Source: Conexivisphaerales archaeon
GTDB taxonomy: Archaea; Thermoproteota; Nitrososphaeria; Conexivisphaerales; DTJL01
Assembly: GCA_049509455.1 (NCBI GenBank)
Contig: JBEKZX010000010.1
Coordinates: forward strand, 1 to 41,805
Direction of reading: 5' to 3'
DNA: 41,805 nt
A program made the translations under genes and the position numbers. Below the pieces are notes generated by a model that made no database searches, was not told the origin of the DNA, and saw only the letters and a program-made list of their open reading frames with translations. Shown in pieces: positions 34,051-41,805 of this stretch (position 1 is the stretch's first letter; each line of letters starts with the position of its first letter).

Positions 34051-35909
34051 TTCCTCTTGACCTCGACGATGGCCTTGTAGGGACAGACGCCAGCGCAGAG
34101 GCTACATCCTACGCAGTCCTCTTCGATGATCCTGACCTTGTCGCCGTCCAGCGCCAGAGCGGGGCATCCGAGGAGGTTCGTGCATACGTCGCAGCCCGTG
34201 CAGAGGTCGGGTACGACGGCATAGGTCCCATAATCTCCTCCCCTCTTGGTCAGGATGGCGCAGGCTCGCTCGACGATGATCACGCTTACACCAGCGGAGC
34301 CCAGCGCCTCCTTCACCGATTCGGTTAGCTTCCGAGGCTCGTACGCATCCATCTTGTAGATCTTGTCAACTTCCACCCCCTTCACGAGCTGCTCCAGCAG
34401 CACCGGGTGCATCTCACGGCCGCTGTCGCTCAGCGCGTCGGCAGGGGTGGACTGATGTCCAGTCATGGCGACCGTCGAGTTGTCCAGTATCATTACGACT
34501 ACGTCCAGCTTTTTGTGGACAGCCTCGATTAGAGGTTGCACTCCGGAATGCAGGAAGGTGGAGTCGCCTATGACGGCGACCACCGGCCCCTTGAATCCCG
34601 CCGCCTTCAAGCCGGCTGCCATTGAAATGCTAGCCCCCATGCTAAGTTCTGTCCAAATCGCCTCGAACGGGGGGTTGAGGGCTAGAGCGTAGCATCCGAT
34701 GTCGCCGAAGATGGGGACCTCGCTCTTCTTGAAGCCGGCCTTCGAGATCCCGCGCATCAGACTGAAGTAGCTCCCTATGTGTGGGCAGCCTGGGCACAAA
34801 GGTGGAGGCCTTGAGGGCAGCTTCAGTGGTATCTCGATGGGGGAAGAGGCCGTCGTGGGCAGGCCCAGGCACGTAGCGATCGCCGCCTTGACGGCACCCG
34901 TGTTTAGCTCGCCCACCTGAGGCAGGAGTCCCTCACTCTTGCCGACAATCTCTACGTTCAGCTTGGCGTCGTGACAGGCGGCCTTCAGCTTGACCTCAAT
35001 ATAGGGATCGATCTCCTCAACTACCAAGATCTTGTCGTAGGCCCGGGCGTATTCGAGGAGTGAGGCCTCGTCAAGCGGATGAAGGAGGCCCAGCCTGAAT
35101 AGTCCGCATTCGACGCCCAGCTCGTCGAGGGCGTCGAGGGCGTAGTTGACGGGAGCTCCGGCGGCGACGATGCCCAGGCGCCTGCCCCGGCCTTTCCTCT
35201 CGACTGCATTGAGCTTGAACGGGGCCGCCATCGCGGGGAGCGCCGCCAGCTGTCCCAATAACCAAGAATGTCGGGCTCTGTTCCATCCCATCGAAGCCCT
35301 GACGAACCTGGGGGCGTCACGCTCGAACTTGATTTCGGAAGCGCGGGGTGACCTTGGCGATGGCTTGACTTCGCCCACCGCATGGTTCACCCGCGTGGTG
35401 GTGCGGAGGAGGATGGGGAGCTTTGACAGCTCCGAAAGCTCGATCGCCTTCTTCACATATTGGCGTGCCTCGTCCGGGCTGGTCGGCTCGATCATGGGCA
35501 GCTTCGCCAGGTCAGCGAACCATCTGCTGTCCTGCTCCGTCTGGGTGGTGATGGGCCCGGGATCGTCGGCCACAAGTATGACCATCCCCCCGTTGACGCC
35601 GCAGTAGGCCGCCGAAACAAGAGGGTCGGCGGCCACGTTGATGCCTGGCCCCTTCATGGTCACCATGGAGCGAGCCCCCCCTATTGCAGCGCCGAGAGCG
35701 AGCTCGAGTCCCACCTTTTCGTTGACCGCCCACTCCACATAGCCGACGGAACCCACGCCCTCCTCGACAAATGAGAAGATGGCTTCGATCACTTCACTGG
35801 ATGGCGTTCCGGGGTACCCTGTGACGAATGCCATGCCGGACTCGAGAGCTCCGAGGGCGATAGCCTCGTTCCCCATGAGGGGGACCTTCTTCCCGGGTTC
35901 TAGCAGCAA
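34047..35909 (-). CDS. iorA: Indolepyruvate:ferredoxin oxidoreductase alpha subunit
   Basis: GNEAIA, GYPGTPSSE, EQDSR, RPP.LCPGCPH, GDIGCY, GDSTFLHSG and C-terminal 2x[4Fe-4S]; 4-nt overlap with iorB. Confidence 0.95.
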   Translation of the reverse strand: MLLEPGKKVPLMGNEAIALGALESGMAFVTGYPGTPSSEVIEAIFSFVEEGVGSVGYVEWAVNEKVGLELALGAAIGGARSMVTMKGPGINVAADPLVSAAYCGVNGGMVILVADDPGPITTQTEQDSRWFADLAKLPMIEPTSPDEARQYVKKAIELSELSKLPILLRTTTRVNHAVGEVKPSPRSPRASEIKFERDAPRFVRASMGWNRARHSWLLGQLAALPAMAAPFKLNAVERKGRGRRLGIVAAGAPVNYALDALDELGVECGLFRLGLLHPLDEASLLEYARAYDKILVVEEIDPYIEVKLKAACHDAKLNVEIVGKSEGLLPQVGELNTGAVKAAIATCLGLPTTASSPIEIPLKLPSRPPPLCPGCPHIGSYFSLMRGISKAGFKKSEVPIFGDIGCYALALNPPFEAIWTELSMGASISMAAGLKAAGFKGPVVAVIGDSTFLHSGVQPLIEAVHKKLDVVVMILDNSTVAMTGHQSTPADALSDSGREMHPVLLEQLVKGVEVDKIYKMDAYEPRKLTESVKEALGSAGVSVIIVERACAILTKRGGDYGTYAVVPDLCTGCDVCTNLLGCPALALDGDKVRIIEEDCVGCSLCAGVCPYKAIVEVKRK

Positions 35910-36013
35910 TCGAGGTCACCTGACCAAAGAGACAGCCTTGCAATATTAAGCATTTCAGCCTGGCATTCTAGTGATTTCATATGAGCCGCCATTGGGAGAC
36001 CTTCACGCTCCTG

Positions 36014-36484
36014 CTATCGCTTTGACCTCTTGTCGGCGGCAGCCATGATTCCTTTCACGATGTTGGTGTAGCCTGTGCACCGGCAGAGGTTCCCCTTCAG
36101 GGCCTCCCTGATTTCGGACTCCGTCGGGGTCCGATTCTCCTTGAGCAGCGCCTCCGAGACCAACACTATACCGGGCGTGCAGTAACCGCACTGGACACCC
36201 CCTTCTTCCAGGAGGCTCTCCTGCGTGTCGGCCAGACCTCCCGCCGCTATCCCTTCGATTGTAGTCACCTCCCTGCCCTCGGCGTCCGCGGCTAGGATAA
36301 GGCAAGAGAGGGCCGGCTCCCCGTCGAGGAGCACCGTGCAGGCCCCGCATTCGCCTATGCCGCATGCATACTTCGTCCCTGTCAGCTCGGCTTCTTCTCG
36401 GATGACGTTCAGCAGCAGGGCGTTGTCCTGGATTTCGAACCTGTGCTCCCTCCCATTTAGGCGCAGCCTCAGCATCCTAGTCAC
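36014..36484 (-). CDS. XDH-family 2x[2Fe-2S] small subunit, operon 2
   Basis: ACGIGECGACTV, SC, QCGYCTPG and GNLCRCTGY. Confidence 0.95.
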   Translation of the reverse strand: MTRMLRLRLNGREHRFEIQDNALLLNVIREEAELTGTKYACGIGECGACTVLLDGEPALSCLILAADAEGREVTTIEGIAAGGLADTQESLLEEGGVQCGYCTPGIVLVSEALLKENRTPTESEIREALKGNLCRCTGYTNIVKGIMAAADKRSKR

Positions 36485-37386
36485 TGAATAGCCCCCCTGG
36501 CCCGGTCAAGCGCCTGAACCAAGGTGCGCCGGACGAGGACTGAGACCAGTCTCCTCCTGTATTCGGCGGTCGACCTTACATCCGTAATGGGTCGGGCCTC
36601 CTTCGATGCCTCCTCCCCTGCCTTTCGCAGGAGCTCATCGGAGGGGACCCCTCCTACTAGGACGCTTTCGGCAGCAGCCGCCCTTATGACGGTCGGGGCC
36701 ACGGCGCCCAGGGCCACTCTGGCGCGCGATACCTTACCACCATCCAGGGTCAGGGAGGAGGCAACGTTCACCTTTGCCAGGTCCATGTCCGTCCGTGAGA
36801 TGCGGGCGAAGGCGGTTCCAGTGTGAGGCGGCAGGTAGGGAACGGAAACGCCGGCGAGGAGCTCTCCCGGCGCAATGGCTGTCTTCCCCGGTCCCCGGAA
36901 GAACTTCGATAGAATGACGGACCTAGTCCCGGCGAGGCTGGCCACGAAAACCGTCGAGTCCAGCGCAAGCAGCGCCACTGAGCCGTCGGCGGCGGGGGAC
37001 GCGTTACACAGGTTTCCTCCGATGGTGGCCATGTCGCGTATCTGGACGGAGCCCACCGCGGATACGGCCTCTGCAAGGAGCGGAAAGAATCGCCTTACCG
37101 CCTCCGACCTCTCAAGCTGGATCATCCTGACGGCGGCACCGATGTGGAGGCCGTCGCTACGCTCTTCGATGTGCGCTAGCGAGGGGATCTTCCTGATGCT
37201 CACAACAGCCCAGGGCTCGACGCCGCGCTGCTTGGCCTTGACCAGCAGGTCAGTCCCGCCGGCCAGTACGACAACACGCCCACCCTGGCCGCCCAGGAGC
37301 TTCAGAGCTTCCTCGAGGCTTTCTGGGCAGTGATATTCGAACGACACGGGCACCAGGCGCGTGTTGACGCTGTTAATGTCCTTCAA
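36481..37386 (-). CDS. XDH-family FAD-binding medium subunit, operon 2
   Basis: AGGTDL, QIRDMATIGGNLCNASPAADG and DVRST.EYR. Start set at TTG 37386 after GAGGTG. Confidence 0.93.
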   Translation of the reverse strand: MKDINSVNTRLVPVSFEYHCPESLEEALKLLGGQGGRVVVLAGGTDLLVKAKQRGVEPWAVVSIRKIPSLAHIEERSDGLHIGAAVRMIQLERSEAVRRFFPLLAEAVSAVGSVQIRDMATIGGNLCNASPAADGSVALLALDSTVFVASLAGTRSVILSKFFRGPGKTAIAPGELLAGVSVPYLPPHTGTAFARISRTDMDLAKVNVASSLTLDGGKVSRARVALGAVAPTVIRAAAAESVLVGGVPSDELLRKAGEEASKEARPITDVRSTAEYRRRLVSVLVRRTLVQALDRARGAIQ

Positions 37387-37396
37387 AGATACACCT

Positions 37397-39748
37397 CTAC
37401 GCTCCTCCGACCCTCTCCTTCCGTTCGAAGGCCTCAATCAGGCGTTCGGGCGTCACCGGTAGCTCGTAGAACCTCAGGCCTACGGCGTTGTGGATGGCGT
37501 TGATCACAGCTGCCGCGACCGGATTGTAGGCACCTTCGCCTATCCCCTTGGCGCCGAAGGGCCCCGTGGGCTCGTAGGTGTGCGCGAAGAACGTTTGGAA
37601 GTCCCCGATGCGGGGGAGGTCGGGCGCCGTGGGCAGCTTGTAGTCCACCAGCATCCCCCCGTTCATGAGATCACCCGTGAGCTCGTCATACGGCGTGTCC
37701 TCCAGTACGGCCATGCTCCAGCCCATGGCGAAGCCTCCCTGCAGCTGCCCCTCGGCCATCTGAGGGTTGATTACGGTTCCTACGTCCGCTGCGGCTACGA
37801 CCTTCAAAGGTCGGACCGTCCCCGTCTCCGTGTCCACCTCGACCTTCACGAAACACGTCACGAAGTGAGGGGGGCCGGAGGTGGGCCTGTAGCTGTCGAT
37901 GGCCGCCACCGTGCCCCAGTTCTTCTGCCGAGCATAGGAGGCGACCTCGCCGACGGTGGCCCTCTTGTCTGGGAAGGACTCGGCCAGGATCACACCTTGA
38001 CCCAGCTTTTCGTCCGGGACAATCTTTAGCGTGCTCTGGTTGGCGTCCAACATCTTCGAGGCGTAGACCAGGAGCTTTTCTCTGGCTTGAAGCGCCACCT
38101 TAAGGACGGCACCGCCGCCGGCGTAGACGCCGCGAGAAGCGTGCGTGGCGACATCGTAAATGGTAGTCTGAGAATCGCTTTGCACGATGGTCACATTGTC
38201 AAGAGGTACGCCCAGCGCCTCGGCGGCGATCTTGGCCAGCGCCCTGTAAGTCCCTCCGCCGTGGTCTACCAGCGCCGTCACTATGTCGACCGTGCCATCC
38301 TCGTTTATCTTTACCATGGCACCGGAATAGTCTATGACCGCGCCGGAGACAGGCGATCCTGCGCTGGAAGTGTGGAAGCCCCTTGCCATGCCTATCCCCT
38401 CCCTAAGGACTCCCCTCTTCGACTCCGGCACTCCCCTTCCCTTCCAGCCGATCATTTCGGCGCCCTTCACCAGCATCTCTTCTACCCCGCAGCTCCGAAT
38501 TATCGTCTTGACGGTTATCCCCTGCCCGTAGAAGACATCTCCCTCGCCGACGTAGTTCTTCAACTTAAGTTCCAACGGGTCCATGCCCAGCTTGTCCGCC
38601 AGCTCGTCCATGAACGTCTCCACCATCCATGATGTCTGGGGGTTTCCGTAGCCCCTCATGGCGCACGATGGGACCTTGTTGGTGTACACAGCCCGGCCGT
38701 CGTATCTGAAGTTTCTCCACTTGTAATATGAGGCCCACCAGCCGAAGACGGTGCTCAGGATAGGATACGCCTGGACCTGATGGGCCCCAATGTCCATGAC
38801 CATCTCCAGGGTCGAGGCCGTGAGCGTGCCATCCTTCTTCGCACCCACCCTGAGCTTGAAGTTCATCGAAAAGGAGGCATGGTCGCGCATGTCCTCCTCC
38901 CTGGTGTACACGATCTTGACGGGCCTTTTGGCCTTGATCGCCATCGCCGCGGCGATGGGCACGAGGATGTTCGTGTGAATGCTGGAGCCGAAGCTGCCTC
39001 CCAGGGTAGGCTTTTTCACGTTGATCTTGTTCATGGGAACGCCGAAGATCTGGTGAATCAAGATCCTGGTGTTGTGGATGGTCTGGGTGGTGGCCCAGAT
39101 CGTGAGGATGCCGCTCGACTCTGGGATGACGAGCGCCGCCTTGGTTTCGAGCTGAGAATGATACCTCCTGCTGGACCGATACTCCCTCTCAAGGATGACG
39201 TCCGCCCTAGAGAAACCCTCGTCGCAGTCGCCATTCTCTATCTTCATCGCGCAGGCGACGTTCTTTTCGATGGTCAGAAGCTTGTCCGCCAGCAGTATCT
39301 TCTCGTGCACCAGACGCTTGCCCGACATGGCCTCTTCCGTGTCCATCACCGGCTTCAGCACTTCGTAATCTATCTTGATCATTTCGGCGGCCCGTTGGGC
39401 CGCCTCCTCCGACTCCGCTGCAACGACGGCGATGGGCTCGCCGACATAGTTGGGTTCGTCGGTAAGAACCCTCCAGTCCTTGTAAGTCGTCTCCTCCGTG
39501 CTGGCAAGCCGCGGGTTGAACTGCTGTCGCGGCACGTCCTTGTAGGTCAGACACACGGCCCCAGCTTTCTCGGCGTCCGACGTGTCTATGGACCTCACCT
39601 TGGCTCTGGGATATGAACTTCTGACGATTCGCCCGTACAGCATGTGGGGAGCTTTCATGTCGGCTGCGAACTCGCTGCTCCCCAATGCCTTGGGGACGGA
39701 GTCGAGCGGCCCAATATCCTTCCCAATTACATGAAAAGGCTCCCTCAT
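37397..39748 (-). CDS. XDH-family molybdopterin-binding large subunit, operon 2
   Basis: HSQLETKA, GGSFGSS, CAMRGYGNP, DHGGG, ASRG and KGIGE. Start set at ATG 39748; TATATA at about 39778-83. Confidence 0.95.
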   Translation of the reverse strand: MREPFHVIGKDIGPLDSVPKALGSSEFAADMKAPHMLYGRIVRSSYPRAKVRSIDTSDAEKAGAVCLTYKDVPRQQFNPRLASTEETTYKDWRVLTDEPNYVGEPIAVVAAESEEAAQRAAEMIKIDYEVLKPVMDTEEAMSGKRLVHEKILLADKLLTIEKNVACAMKIENGDCDEGFSRADVILEREYRSSRRYHSQLETKAALVIPESSGILTIWATTQTIHNTRILIHQIFGVPMNKINVKKPTLGGSFGSSIHTNILVPIAAAMAIKAKRPVKIVYTREEDMRDHASFSMNFKLRVGAKKDGTLTASTLEMVMDIGAHQVQAYPILSTVFGWWASYYKWRNFRYDGRAVYTNKVPSCAMRGYGNPQTSWMVETFMDELADKLGMDPLELKLKNYVGEGDVFYGQGITVKTIIRSCGVEEMLVKGAEMIGWKGRGVPESKRGVLREGIGMARGFHTSSAGSPVSGAVIDYSGAMVKINEDGTVDIVTALVDHGGGTYRALAKIAAEALGVPLDNVTIVQSDSQTTIYDVATHASRGVYAGGGAVLKVALQAREKLLVYASKMLDANQSTLKIVPDEKLGQGVILAESFPDKRATVGEVASYARQKNWGTVAAIDSYRPTSGPPHFVTCFVKVEVDTETGTVRPLKVVAAADVGTVINPQMAEGQLQGGFAMGWSMAVLEDTPYDELTGDLMNGGMLVDYKLPTAPDLPRIGDFQTFFAHTYEPTGPFGAKGIGEGAYNPVAAAVINAIHNAVGLRFYELPVTPERLIEAFERKERVGGA

Positions 39749-40225
39749 TTGCCGGATTGAATTGTCATTCGAATCATATATACATTTGAGACGCCTTGGG
39801 AGCCATGCGGTCCGCGTTGATGTTGGACCTGCATGGCAGTTCAAAGAACGTGCGGCGTGAGATGCGGGGCAGTGGCTGACGGCCATCACTGAAGCCAGAC
39901 GTCGCTCAGAGCTGGATTGAGCAGCTACTTCACGGTGGGGCCCATGCCTTTGGCCTTTGAAGGGTTCATGCTTCGTCTGGTCCGATCGGTTGACTTTGGC
40001 TGAATCGTTGGGAGGATTCTAAGCGATGTTCTAATAGCCGGTCGCGTCAGGCCAAACAAATTCGAACGACCGTGCCGGCCCTTCTGACGTGGTTCCTCTG
40101 GGTTCAATCCTGCCTGTCCGCCGTCGAGGGCGGCTGGCATCCCACTGCGCTTCGTCATCGGTGGCCGCCGGGCTTGGAATTTCAAAAGAAGAGTGTGATT
40201 TAGAACGTCAGCAAAAACGTCAGTC

Positions 40226-41245
40226 GTGTATGCTCAGGGCGAGGCGGATTCGACCATCGTGAAGGTGGAGGGTCTTTCCAAGAGCTACGGGAAGTTCAAG
40301 GCGGTGGACAACATCAGCTTCGGAGTCAAGGAGGGAGAGATCTTCGGCTTCCTCGGCCCGAACGGTGCTGGGAAGACCACCACCATCAACATGCTCACGA
40401 CCCTGATCAGACCCTCCTCGGGAGACGCCACTGTCTGCGGCTACGACATCAGGAAGGACGCGAATGAGGTCCGAAGGAGCGTCGGGGTGGTTCCGCAGGA
40501 GTACACGGCCGACGAAGACATGACCGGCCTGAATAACATACTGCTCTGCGCAGACCTCTACGGGATGCCAAGGAGCGATTCCAGGGAACACGCCGCCGAG
40601 CTCCTCGAGCTGGTGGAGCTGCAGGACGCCGCTCACAAGAAGGTGAGCACCTACTCGGGCGGGATGCGCAGGCGGCTGGAGCTCGCCTGCGGCCTCATAA
40701 ACTACCCCAGGGCCCTCTTCCTCGACGAGCCTACCCTCGGCTTGGACGTCCAGACCCGCGCTGCAGTCTGGAAATACATCAAGAGCCTGAAGGAAGAGTA
40801 CCACATGACTCTTTTCGTGACGACTCATTATCTTGAGGAGGCCGATTCTCTCTGTGATAGGATCGCTATCATCGATCATGGCCACATCATCAGGATCGGG
40901 ACCCCCGATGAACTGAAAGCGAGCGTCGGTGGAGACATAATCGTGGTAGGCATCGAGGGGGCCGCGCCTGACATATCGTCCGACCTCGCCCAGGTGGTCT
41001 CTGTCAAAGAGGTCAAGCGTAACGGGAACGAATACCGCATCAAGGCCGAGCTCGGCGAGCAAGCCTCCCCACAGATAATGGACCTCGTACGGTCGAAAGG
41101 GCTGCACGTAACGAAGATTTCGCTGACCAAGCCCACCCTGGACGAAGCATACCTGGAGTTCACGGGCCGAAGCCTCAGGGAAGAGGAAGGGAACAAGTGG
41201 GAGGCACGCTCCCAGCGGCGGACGATGGGGAAGGCCAGGTCTTAG
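40226..41245 (+). CDS. ABC-2 (DrrA-like) exporter ATP-binding subunit
   Basis: GPNGAGKTT Walker A, YSGGMRRRL signature, LFLDEPT Walker B and TTHYLEEA. Confidence 0.95.
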   Translation: MYAQGEADSTIVKVEGLSKSYGKFKAVDNISFGVKEGEIFGFLGPNGAGKTTTINMLTTLIRPSSGDATVCGYDIRKDANEVRRSVGVVPQEYTADEDMTGLNNILLCADLYGMPRSDSREHAAELLELVELQDAAHKKVSTYSGGMRRRLELACGLINYPRALFLDEPTLGLDVQTRAAVWKYIKSLKEEYHMTLFVTTHYLEEADSLCDRIAIIDHGHIIRIGTPDELKASVGGDIIVVGIEGAAPDISSDLAQVVSVKEVKRNGNEYRIKAELGEQASPQIMDLVRSKGLHVTKISLTKPTLDEAYLEFTGRSLREEEGNKWEARSQRRTMGKARS

Positions 41246-41258
41246 AGGTAAGATTGCT

Positions 41259-41805
41259 TTGGTAGAATCTGAGAATGGAAAAGTCGAGGAGGCCTCGGGA
41301 GACTACGCGCAGACGGAGGTTCAGTCCCGCGCCGCTGCGGGTGTCAGAGAGAAGAAGTTCAGGGCGGCTCCGAAGCTGGACCGGAGCCGCATTCATGGCC
41401 TCTGGTCGCTGACGAACAGGGACCTAAGGAAGTGGTACACGAACCCCGTGCAGCTCTTCGCTTCTATGATCCAGCCTGTCGTCTGGCTGGTCCTCTTCGG
41501 CAAGGCCCTCAACTTCGGAAAGTTCATAGCGAGCGCAGGCGGCTCTCAGGCTGCGCAGAACGAGATCCTCCTAGGCTTCTTCGGCACCACCAGCTACTTC
41601 TCTTACCTGGCCTGCGGCATGCTGGCCTTCGTGATACTGTTCACTGCGGCTTTCAGCGGGCTCTCCGTCGTGTTCGACCGCAGGTTCGGCTTCCTAAACA
41701 AGGCACTGAGCACGCCCGTGGCTCGAGGCACCATCATAATGAGCAAAGTCCTCCAGAGCGTCGGAAGGTCAATGGCCCAAGCTGCGGTGATTCTAGTCAT
41801 AGCCG
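41259..41805 (+). CDS. ABC-2 exporter permease, 3'-truncated (not in the ORF track)
   Basis: Open frame from TTG 41259 (GAGGT upstream) to the window end: ...LWSLTNRDLRKWYTNPVQLFASMIQPVVWLVLFG...DRRFGFLNKALSTPVARGTII.SK. Confidence 0.9.
   Translation, partial: MVESENGKVEEASGDYAQTEVQSRAAAGVREKKFRAAPKLDRSRIHGLWSLTNRDLRKWYTNPVQLFASMIQPVVWLVLFGKALNFGKFIASAGGSQAAQNEILLGFFGTTSYFSYLACGMLAFVILFTAAFSGLSVVFDRRFGFLNKALSTPVARGTIIMSKVLQSVGRSMAQAAVILVIA

Noticed and set aside
40101-40110. GGTTCAATCC T-loop-like motif in the 39749-40225 intergenic region
   Set aside because: No T-stem, acceptor stem or anticodon arm can be built around it.

Overview
GC-rich archaeal chromosomal segment. Evidence for an archaeon: TATA-box promoters with short leaders, a tRNA with bulge-helix-bulge (BHB) introns, DpsL, IorAB and an ADP-forming acyl-CoA synthetase. 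A non-ammonia-oxidising Nitrososphaerota/TACK lineage is my inference only. From left to right: (1) end of acetyl-CoA synthetase, then a kdpABC K+ pump operon headed by a stand-alone Lrp/AsnC ligand-binding protein; (2) CoA-transferase, dihydropyrimidinase, DpsL, a thioredoxin-like 2Fe-2S ferredoxin and a MoeB-MoaD-MoeB cassette bracketed by a duplicated ferredoxin 3' end; (3) tRNA-Leu(TAA) with two non-canonical introns, divergent from tRNA-Ile2(CAT); (4) a 4.5-kb integrase-less metal-resistance island bounded by a 14-bp repeat of the tRNA-Ile2 3' end, followed by a C6-tract repeat, a Vgb-like pseudogene, a cupredoxin and a ZIP transporter; (5) a xanthine dehydrogenase (XDH)-family L-M-S operon, pyrB/pyrC and molbindin; (6) a decaying accessory patch with gene fragments, a membrane wHTH regulator with a repeat operator and an inverted paralog of the island Ni/Co transporter; (7) acyl-CoA synthetase, iorAB, a second XDH-family operon and the start of an ABC-2 exporter. 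No CRISPR array, rRNA, transposase or integrase was seen. All family calls are from motif recognition by eye, not database searches.
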